DNA of 14,251 bases from the NCBI GenBank assembly GCA_037443365.1, contig JBBIOM010000042.1, forward strand, positions 1 to 14,251, written 5' to 3'. Shown piece by piece: positions 7,498-14,251 of this stretch (position 1 is the first letter of the stretch; the number at the start of each line of letters is the position of its first letter). Made by a program: the position numbers and the translations under genes. This stretch comes from Armatimonadota bacterium. GTDB taxonomy: Bacteria; Sysuimicrobiota; Sysuimicrobiia; Sysuimicrobiales; Humicultoraceae. The notes beneath the pieces were generated by a model. It was not told where the DNA came from, ran no database searches, and worked only from the letters and a program-made list of their open reading frames with translations.

Positions 7498-9002
7498 GGC
7501 GCGTCCTGTTCCTGCCGCTCGATGACCGGCCGGCGACGCGCGAGACCGTGCTGGACCTGCTGCCGCTGCTGGGCGCACCGTGGGCTACGCCACCTCGCGA
7601 CCTGCTTGGGCACCGACGCCGCCCGGCCGACCTGGACGCCCTGTTCCGCTGGGCCGAGCGCGAGGCCGCGTCTTCGGGTGCCATGATCGCCTCGGCCGAG
7701 ATTCTCATACACGGAGGCCTGGTGCCCTCGCGCCTAAGTGCGGACCCGATGGAGGTCCTCTGGCGGCGGCTGGACCGGCTGGCCCGGCTGGCGGCCCGCG
7801 TGCCGACCTACCTCGGCGCGATCGTCCCGCGCATCCCTTCCGGGGGCGCGGCCGAGGAGCCGTCCTACTGGGAGCCGTACGGCGACCTGCTGCGCACTTA
7901 TTCGGCCTGCCTGGATGCCGGCGAGCAGACCGGCAACGAGATCAGATACCGGCGGGCCATGGAAGCGCTGGACGGCGTGCCCGCCGCCGTGGTGGACGAC
8001 CTGCTGCGCCGCCGCCGCCGGCAGTTGCTGGTGAACCTAGAGCTGCTCGAGATGGCCTCGCGCGGCGGCCTGGCAGCGCTGCTCATCGGGCAGGACGACG
8101 CCGAGCCGCACGGTCTCGCGAGGGCCGACCTGGCGGTTCTGCGCCGGTTCTGCGGGCGCCAGGGCGGCGGCCGCGCCCAGGTCTCGGTCGGCGCCGACGA
8201 GCTCGGCGCCCGGCTGCTGGCGCGCCTCGCCAACGACGCGGCCGGCCGCGCGCCCCGCGTGTGCGTGCGCTACACCTTCCCCGAGGCGCGGCGCAGCGTG
8301 CCGCGCTACGAGCCGGCTCCGATCGAAGAGACCGTCGCCGAGCACCTGGCCGCATCCGGTTGCGAGATCACGGACGACTCCCCGGAGATGCTGCTGTGGG
8401 TGCACAACTTCTCGGGCGCCGCGCAGCGCGAGGCGTCAGATCAGCGGGGCGCGCCTCCCGCGCCCGTGCGCACGGTGGCCGCCGCGCTGGCCGAGGCCGC
8501 ATCGCGCGGAATCGTCTGCGGATGCGCTGACGTGCGCTTCGCCAACGGCGCCGACGACTCGCTCGTCCGCTCGCTGCTCGCGCGCGAGAACCTGGCTGGC
8601 CTGGCCGGCTACGCCGGGTGGAACACCTCCAGCAACAGCCTGGGCACCGTGATCGCGCAGACCGTGCTGTTCTGTCACGCCCGAGGACAGCTCGGCGAGA
8701 TGCGCCTGCGCCAGCTGCGGCGGCGCTACCTGCTGCGGCGGCTCCTGGATGACTGGGGATACCAGGCGCTCGTGCGTCCCTACCTGGCGCGCGAGGTCGC
8801 GCCGTCGCTGGGCGCGAACCCATCGAGCCTGGGCCCGCACGCGGCGGCGGTGCGCGAGGCGGCGATGGCGCGCCTGCAGGAAGAGGCACTGGCGCCGCTG
8901 GGCCGCGCGCTCGGCCCCTGCGCGCTTGAGAGGGTCGCGTTCCCGTGGGACCGGCTGTTTGAGGTGGAGATGGTGCTCTCCGATGACCTCCAAGGGCCCT
9001 GA
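7494..9002 (+). CDS. DUF4127 family protein (502 aa)
   Basis: Family-typical motifs LPLDDRP, GGLVPSR, GQDD, GADE, DVRFANGAD, YAGWNTSSNSLG, LLDDWGYQ and FPWDRLFE. GTGA overlap with the permease stop. Confidence 0.85.
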   Translation: MRRVLFLPLDDRPATRETVLDLLPLLGAPWATPPRDLLGHRRRPADLDALFRWAEREAASSGAMIASAEILIHGGLVPSRLSADPMEVLWRRLDRLARLAARVPTYLGAIVPRIPSGGAAEEPSYWEPYGDLLRTYSACLDAGEQTGNEIRYRRAMEALDGVPAAVVDDLLRRRRRQLLVNLELLEMASRGGLAALLIGQDDAEPHGLARADLAVLRRFCGRQGGGRAQVSVGADELGARLLARLANDAAGRAPRVCVRYTFPEARRSVPRYEPAPIEETVAEHLAASGCEITDDSPEMLLWVHNFSGAAQREASDQRGAPPAPVRTVAAALAEAASRGIVCGCADVRFANGADDSLVRSLLARENLAGLAGYAGWNTSSNSLGTVIAQTVLFCHARGQLGEMRLRQLRRRYLLRRLLDDWGYQALVRPYLAREVAPSLGANPSSLGPHAAAVREAAMARLQEEALAPLGRALGPCALERVAFPWDRLFEVEMVLSDDLQGP

Positions 9003-10347
9003 TGTCGCGGTGATCGGAGGCGGGCCCGCGGGCATCGTGGCCGCCGTGGCCGCGGCGCGCGCGGGCTCCCGCGTTACCCTGGTCGAGCGCTACGGCTTCC
9101 TGGGCGGCGCGCTGACAGCCGCGCTCGTGGCGCCGATGATGGGCTTCCACGCCGGGGATCGGCAGGTGGTGGCCGGCATCCCCGAGGAGATCGTGGGACG
9201 GTTGCGCTCGATCGGCGCCTCGCCTGGGCACGTGCCCGACCCGATTGACTTCTGCCACACGGTGACGCCGTTCGATCACGAAGGCCTGCGGCGCGTGCTG
9301 CTGGAGATGGCCGCGGAGGCCGGTGTGGAGCTGTGGCTGCACAGCGTGTTCCTCGACGCCCAGGCCGACTCAGGGGTCGTGCAGGCCGCCCGCATCTGGC
9401 AGAAGGACGGCGCGAAGGAGCTGCGCGCGCGGGTGTTCGTGGACGCCTCGGGCGACGGCGACCTCTCTGTGGCCGCCGGGGCCTCTGCCGAAATCGGGCG
9501 CGCCGCGGACCACCTTACTCAGCCGATGACGCTTGTGTTCCGGCTGGGCGGGGTGGACTGGCCCGCTGTGATGGAACACCTCGAACGGCATCCCGACGAT
9601 ATACAGCACGGCCAGGGAGTCCGCGATCGCATTGACATCGAGTGGCTTGCGGGGCTGCCCTGCCGCGGGTTCGCCGGCTTCGGGGCCGCCGTGCGCGAGG
9701 CGCGCGAGTGCGGGGAGTGGACCGTCCCGCGCGACCGGCTGCTCGTCTTCGAGGGCAGGCGCCCCGGCGAGGCCATCGTGAACACGACGCGCGTGCTTGA
9801 CCGGAGCGGGATCTCGGGCGAGGATCTCTCGCGGGCCGAGATCGAGGGCCGCCGACAGGCGTATCAGGTAGCGGAGTTCCTCCAGAGGCGGGTCCCCGGC
9901 TTCGCGGACGCGTACATCCTGGAGACACCGGCGCAGATCGGCGTGCGCGAGACGCGGCGCATCAGAGGCGACTACGTCCTGACCGCGGAAGACGTCCTGG
10001 GCGCACGCAAGTTCGACGACGCCATCGCGGCCGGCGCCTATCCGGTGGATATCCACGATCCTGCCTCGGACCGCCTGCAGGTGCGGCGTCTGCCCGAGGG
10101 CGAGTACTACACGATCCCCTACCGCTGCCTGCTGCCCCGCGGCGGAGCGAACTGGCTGGTAGCCGGCAGGTGCATCTCGGCCACGCACGAAGCGTTCGCC
10201 GCGCTTCGCGTGTCGGCCATCGTGATGGCGATCGGCCAGGCCGCCGGCACCGCGGCAGCGATGGCCGCGCTCGGGGGCATGCCCCCGCGCCAGGTGGATC
10301 CACGCAGCCTCCGCCAGGCCCTGCGAGATGCAGGGGCATTCGTGTAG
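8983..10347 (+). CDS. FAD-dependent oxidoreductase (FAD_oxidored / PF12831-type, 454 aa)
   Basis: DVAVIGGGPAG Rossmann motif, VERYGFLGG, FVDASGDGD, IGVRETRRIRGDY, YPVDIH, YTIPYRCLLP, AGRCISATHEA and MAIGQAAG. ATG 8983 overlaps DUF4127 by 20 nt. Confidence 0.9.
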   Translation: MTSKGPDVAVIGGGPAGIVAAVAAARAGSRVTLVERYGFLGGALTAALVAPMMGFHAGDRQVVAGIPEEIVGRLRSIGASPGHVPDPIDFCHTVTPFDHEGLRRVLLEMAAEAGVELWLHSVFLDAQADSGVVQAARIWQKDGAKELRARVFVDASGDGDLSVAAGASAEIGRAADHLTQPMTLVFRLGGVDWPAVMEHLERHPDDIQHGQGVRDRIDIEWLAGLPCRGFAGFGAAVREARECGEWTVPRDRLLVFEGRRPGEAIVNTTRVLDRSGISGEDLSRAEIEGRRQAYQVAEFLQRRVPGFADAYILETPAQIGVRETRRIRGDYVLTAEDVLGARKFDDAIAAGAYPVDIHDPASDRLQVRRLPEGEYYTIPYRCLLPRGGANWLVAGRCISATHEAFAALRVSAIVMAIGQAAGTAAAMAALGGMPPRQVDPRSLRQALRDAGAFV

Positions 10348-10361
10348 GCCTGGTGCAGCCG

Positions 10362-11033
10362 ATGACTGACCCGCTAGCGCGCCGCGGCATCCTGATCGTC
10401 AGCCTGCCGCGCAACGACGGCGGGCTTGCGCGCGCGGCCGCCGAAGCAGGGGCCGACATGCTCAAGGTCCACGTAAACGTCCACCACCGCGCCTCGGGGG
10501 AGCGCTTCGGATCGCTGGATGAAGAGGAGGAAGGCCTGGAGGCGGTTCTGCGTGTCGGCCTTCCTACCGGGCTCGTGCCCGGGGAGGAGGCGATGGTGGC
10601 GCTTGAGCAGCTCCCGCGGCTGCGCCGGTTCGCGTTTCTCGACGCCTACGTCACGCGGCTGCCCCTGTTCCTCTACGATGCCGGCGTGCCGGTGATCCCG
10701 GCGGTGCCGCACGACTATCCGCCGGAGATGCTGGGGTCGCTGGGCGCGCTGCCCGGCGACTGGCTGGAGGCGGCGCTCGTTCCGCCGCACTGCTACGGCC
10801 TCGACCCCACAGCCGACGACCTTGTCGCCCTCGCACGCTTGGGGGCGCTCACCCGCCGGCGTTTGATCGTGCCCAGCCAGCGCCGCATCCGTCCCGAAGA
10901 CCTGGTACGTTACCTCGAGATCCCGGAGGTGTGGGCGATGATGATCGGTGTCGTGGTGACCGGTCGCACGGCGCGGGGCATCGGCCGTGCCACAAGTGCG
11001 TTCCGGCTCGCATTGGACGCGCTGCTCCGATGA
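10362..11033 (+). CDS. Conserved hypothetical protein, probable ribulose-phosphate-binding TIM barrel (NanE-like, 223 aa)
   Basis: LIVSLPRND..LARAAAEAGADMLKVHVNVHHRASG at the N-terminus and IVPSQRRIRPEDL...AMMIGVVVTG at the C-terminus. It fills the gap between neighbours and its stop overlaps the next start (ATGA). Alternative GTG at 10353. The gene is solid; the fold call is inference. Confidence 0.7.
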   Translation: MTDPLARRGILIVSLPRNDGGLARAAAEAGADMLKVHVNVHHRASGERFGSLDEEEEGLEAVLRVGLPTGLVPGEEAMVALEQLPRLRRFAFLDAYVTRLPLFLYDAGVPVIPAVPHDYPPEMLGSLGALPGDWLEAALVPPHCYGLDPTADDLVALARLGALTRRRLIVPSQRRIRPEDLVRYLEIPEVWAMMIGVVVTGRTARGIGRATSAFRLALDALLR

Positions 11034-12037
11034 TAGTCGAGGCCACATCACCCACCCGCGTTGACCTGGCCGGCGGCACGCTTGACATCCATCCGCTGTA
11101 CCTGATGGAGGAGGACGTCTGGACGCTGAACGCCGCGATTGAGATACCGGTCCGCGTGCGCCTCGCGCGGGCCCGGGCCGGCTTCCTGATCGTCTCGACG
11201 GACCTGCGGGAGCGCATCGAGGCCCCGGATCTGGACTCCCTGCCGAGCGGCGGGGCGCTGGAACCGGCCTGCCGCGCCTTGCGCTTTGTTGCGCCGCGAG
11301 CGGGCCTGGCCGTGACGTTGCGATCCGCGGCGCCGCCTGGTTCAGGGCTAGGCGCCTCGTCTGCGCTCCTGCTGACGCTGCTGGCGGCACTCCACCGGTG
11401 GACGCGGCGTGCGTTCAGCCGTGACGGCCTGGTTGGATTGGCCTGGCGCCTGGAGGCGCAGTCCCTGCGCACGCTGACCGGCCGCCAGGACTACCTGGCG
11501 GCCGCGTACGGCGGCGTCAACGCCATACGGTTCGGCGCCGACGGAGACCATGTTGAGCCCCTGTTCCGCGGTGCCGCGGCGCGCCGGGCGCTGCAGGACC
11601 GCCTGGTCGTAGCGTACACCGGCCTGCCGCATCGCTCAGGGCCGACCAACTGGGAGATCGTGCGCTCGTACCTGGACGGGACCCCACAGACCGTTCAGCA
11701 TCTGCGCGCCATCGCGCAGACGGCGCGCGCCATGCGCGACGCCCTGCGCGAGCGCGACCTCGACGCCGCCGGTGGACTCGTGGCGCGTGAGTGGACGCAC
11801 CGGCGCGAGCTATCGCCGGGCGTTTCCACCCCGCGAATAGAAGAGGCACTCGCGGTTGCGCGCCGCGCCGGCGCGATCGGGGGCAAGGCGTGCGGCGCGG
11901 GCGGCGGCGGGTCCGTGCTCATCTTCACGCGCGAGGGCGGCAGGCAGTCGTGCGAGCGTGCGCTGCGCGCGGCCGGATTCACCGTGCTGCCCGCCCGGAT
12001 CGCTTCACGCGGTCTTCACGTGCGCACCGTGCTATAG
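11030..12037 (+). CDS. GHMP-family sugar kinase (HddA/fucokinase-like, 335 aa)
   Basis: PTRVDLAGGTLD (motif I), PPGSGLGASS (ATP-binding motif II), GRQD and KACGAGGGG (motif III). ATGA overlap with the upstream gene. Confidence 0.9.
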   Translation: MIVEATSPTRVDLAGGTLDIHPLYLMEEDVWTLNAAIEIPVRVRLARARAGFLIVSTDLRERIEAPDLDSLPSGGALEPACRALRFVAPRAGLAVTLRSAAPPGSGLGASSALLLTLLAALHRWTRRAFSRDGLVGLAWRLEAQSLRTLTGRQDYLAAAYGGVNAIRFGADGDHVEPLFRGAAARRALQDRLVVAYTGLPHRSGPTNWEIVRSYLDGTPQTVQHLRAIAQTARAMRDALRERDLDAAGGLVAREWTHRRELSPGVSTPRIEEALAVARRAGAIGGKACGAGGGGSVLIFTREGGRQSCERALRAAGFTVLPARIASRGLHVRTVL

Positions 12038-12038
12038 T
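12030..12038 (+). promoter_or_regulatory. Extended -10 promoter element (TGcTATAGT) overlapping the kinase stop codon
   Basis: TG-n-TATAGT, 9 nt before ATG 12048, which has no Shine-Dalgarno. Same geometry as 206-221. Confidence 0.5.
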
Positions 12039-12047
12039 GGGTGCGGC

Positions 12048-13208
12048 ATGTCCCTGCGTACCGACCGCACGCTCCACCTGATCTTCGCCTCGCTCTTCTT
12101 CTGGATGTTTGGAATTGGGCTCTACGAGCAGCTCATACCGATCTACGCCCGTCAGCTCGGCGCGTCGCCCGTGCAGCTAGGGACCCTCTTCACGGTGCGC
12201 CACATCGCCCTGGCCGGGGGCTTCCTGATCGGCTGGATGATGGCCGATCACCAGAACCGCCGCGCGGTGGTCGTCGCCTCGTGGCTGGCCGCGACCCCGG
12301 TGCCGCTGCTGCTGGCCGCGGCGCCGACCTACGGGTGGCTGGTGCCCGGGCTGCTGCTCTACGAGATTACCTATTTCGGGATGCCCGCGCTGCAGGCGTT
12401 CATGGCGCGGCGCGTGCCTGCCTCCGAGCTGGCCTCGGCGTTCGGAGCCATGGGCACCATCACCTCGCTCGGATTCCTCGTATCGCCGACCGTCGGCGGG
12501 GCCCTCGCCGACCGCTACGGTATCAGGGCGACCCTGCTCATCGCAGCGGCGTTCTACGTGCTGTCCACCTTTCTGATCCTCCGGGTCAGGTGGAACGATG
12601 CCGGTGCCCCGGTCCCCGAGGCACCTGGGCGTCTTTCGATGGCGCAGGTGCGCGATCTATTGCCTCTACTCTGGATCTACTCGCTGATGCTGCTGGTGGT
12701 GCTTATCACCATCCCGTTCGGCACGCCGTTCCTGCGCGAGGTGCGAGGCCTGTCGCTGGCCGAAATAGGCTTCCTCGGCTCGATGGTGGCGCTGGGCGCG
12801 GTGCTGCTGACCCCGGTGGCCGGCCGGCTCGGCGACCGGATCGGGCTGCTGCCCACGCTGTCCGGGAACCTTGGCGTGTTCGCGCTGGGGATGCTCCTCA
12901 CGGTGTACGGGCCTGCCGGGCTCCTTCCGGCCGCGGCCATGATTCGCTGCCGCTCTCCCCTGCAGACCCTGGGACAGGCGCTGCTCGGGGCGCGGACCCC
13001 GCCTCGCGTTCTTGGGCGGGTCTTCGCCCTGGGAGGAATCCTGTCCTCGATACTGGGCGCGGCCGCGGCGTTCTTCGGGGGGTACGCCTACCGGGCGGAC
13101 CCGGCGCTGCCGTTGTTGATCTCTGTGGGGATGGCAGGGGCACTCGCCGTGGCCCTGGTCTGGTGGCGCCCTCGTGTCTCCCGCGCCGACGCCGCGGACC
13201 CGGCGTGA
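12048..13208 (+). CDS. Major facilitator superfamily transporter (386 aa)
   Basis: Multiple hydrophobic segments, PIYARQLGASPVQLG, motif-A-like GWMMADHQNRR and GRLGDRIG, and SPTVGGALADRYG. Confidence 0.88.
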   Translation: MSLRTDRTLHLIFASLFFWMFGIGLYEQLIPIYARQLGASPVQLGTLFTVRHIALAGGFLIGWMMADHQNRRAVVVASWLAATPVPLLLAAAPTYGWLVPGLLLYEITYFGMPALQAFMARRVPASELASAFGAMGTITSLGFLVSPTVGGALADRYGIRATLLIAAAFYVLSTFLILRVRWNDAGAPVPEAPGRLSMAQVRDLLPLLWIYSLMLLVVLITIPFGTPFLREVRGLSLAEIGFLGSMVALGAVLLTPVAGRLGDRIGLLPTLSGNLGVFALGMLLTVYGPAGLLPAAAMIRCRSPLQTLGQALLGARTPPRVLGRVFALGGILSSILGAAAAFFGGYAYRADPALPLLISVGMAGALAVALVWWRPRVSRADAADPA

Positions 13209-14251
13209 CGACAGAGGAGCGCATCAGGTCGCGCGCCCGCGAGCTGGGCTTCGATCTTGTGGGCATTGCCCCGCCCGGATCACTGCGCCCTCCGGTGCGC
13301 TCGATCGTCTCCGTGGCTATGAACTACCACGCCGGTGGGCCTGCGCTCCCCTGCGGAGGCGACCTGCGTGGGCGCATCGCGCGGTTCGCCCGGGGTGATG
13401 ATTACCATCTGGTGGTGGGCGCACGCCTCAGGAAGTTGTGCGGCTTCCTCGTGGAGTGCGGCGCGCGCGTGGCGCGGCCATATGTGGACGCCGGACCGCT
13501 GTTCGAGCGCGCGATCGCCCAGCAGGCCGGCCTGGGCTGGCGCGGCCGCAACTCCTGCCTGATCACAGGGGGGTTTGGCTCATGGGTCGTGCTCGGAGAG
13601 ATCACGACCGACCTGGCGCTGCGGCCCGACGCGTCGGCCTCGGGCGACTGCGGTTCCTGCGAGGCCTGCATGCGTGGAGAGGCGGCCTGTCCCACCGGCG
13701 CCATCTTCGCGCCCGGGATCGTGGACGCCCACCGGTGCATCGCCTACTGGACCATCGAGCATCGTGGCTGGATCCCGCTCGATGTGCGCCCAATGCTGCA
13801 AGACATGATCTTTGGATGCGACATCTGCCAGGAGGTCTGCCCCCGTAACAGGGCGCCTGAGTCCGTGGCGGCGCATCCCGAGTTCGCGCCTCGCCCCGAG
13901 ATCGGCGCCCACCCGCGCTTGCTGCCGTTGCTAGGCATCGGGGAGGATGAGTTCCGCCGCCTCTTCCGCCGCAGCGGGATCAAGCGCGCCGGCAGGCGCG
14001 GGCTGCGGCGCAACGTCGCCGTTGCGCTTGGCAACGCCGGCGATGCCAGAGCCGTCCCCGACCTGGCGCTGGCGCTGCGCGACCCCGAGGATCCGGTCCT
14101 GCGCGGGCATGCGGCCTGGGCCCTGGGCCGCATCGGCGGGTCCTGTGCGTCGGATGCGCTCCGCGACGCGCGCGCCTGCGAGGAGGACCCCCGGGTGCGC
14201 GAGGAGATATTCGCGGCGCTCGAGGCGTCGAGCGCCGCGGGGCAGCAGCGA
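13205..14251 (+). CDS. queG: Epoxyqueuosine reductase QueG with C-terminal HEAT repeats (3'-truncated by window; atypical N-terminus)
   Basis: GTG 13205 (GTGA overlap with the MFS stop); open for 349 codons to the window end. Motifs ARELGFDLVGIA, RSIVSVAMNY, GRIARFARGDDYH, YVDAGPLFERAIAQQAGLGWRGRN, GSWVVLGEI, CGSCEAC...CPTGAI, DAHRCIAYWTIE, FGCDICQEVCPRN, RRNVAVALGN and RGHAAWALGRIG. Confidence 0.93.
   Translation, partial: MTTEERIRSRARELGFDLVGIAPPGSLRPPVRSIVSVAMNYHAGGPALPCGGDLRGRIARFARGDDYHLVVGARLRKLCGFLVECGARVARPYVDAGPLFERAIAQQAGLGWRGRNSCLITGGFGSWVVLGEITTDLALRPDASASGDCGSCEACMRGEAACPTGAIFAPGIVDAHRCIAYWTIEHRGWIPLDVRPMLQDMIFGCDICQEVCPRNRAPESVAAHPEFAPRPEIGAHPRLLPLLGIGEDEFRRLFRRSGIKRAGRRGLRRNVAVALGNAGDARAVPDLALALRDPEDPVLRGHAAWALGRIGGSCASDALRDARACEEDPRVREEIFAALEASSAAGQQR

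Noticed and set aside
1664-14133. Numerous long minus-strand and alternate-frame ORFs (e.g. 4460-5896, 6292-7578, 8368-9342, 7580-8530)
   Set aside because: They are Arg/Ala/Pro/Gly-rich shadow ORFs expected in high-GC DNA, overlap well-supported genes and have no recognisable motifs.
13174-14133. queG region as a fragmented pseudogene (the track shows only short ORFs)
   Set aside because: Manual translation from GTG 13205 is open to the window end; it is missing from the track only because its stop lies outside the window.
1-14251. CRISPR arrays, tRNA/rRNA, riboswitches (preQ1/cobalamin before queG), intrinsic terminators
   Set aside because: No spaced direct repeats or RNA-gene signatures were seen, intergenic space is minimal, queG has no leader, and no hairpin followed by a U-tract was found.

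Overview
High-GC bacterial window with all real genes on the + strand. It opens with the 3' tail and right end of an IS256-family element (1 to ~190), which the ORF track misses. A LarE-like PP-loop ATPase with a CxxC...C motif follows. Next is a tightly coupled carbohydrate cluster (1271-12037): CUT1 ABC binding protein, secreted GH20 hexosaminidase, cytoplasmic serine esterase, two ABC permeases, DUF4127, an FAD oxidoreductase, a NanE-like TIM-barrel protein and an HddA/fucokinase-like GHMP kinase. The window ends with an MFS transporter coupled to an atypical queG, which runs off the edge and is also absent from the ORF track. The best candidate for an undescribed system is the sugar cluster. 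It looks like an N-acetylhexosamine/cell-wall-glycan uptake pathway whose downstream enzymes are mostly uncharacterised families, with no nagA/nagB/murQ/anmK in the window. Three promoter-like motifs (TATAAT, a SigH-like pair, and an extended -10) each lie 9-10 nt before an SD-less ATG, suggesting three (near-)leaderless transcription units. All family calls come from motif recognition by eye; no searches were run.
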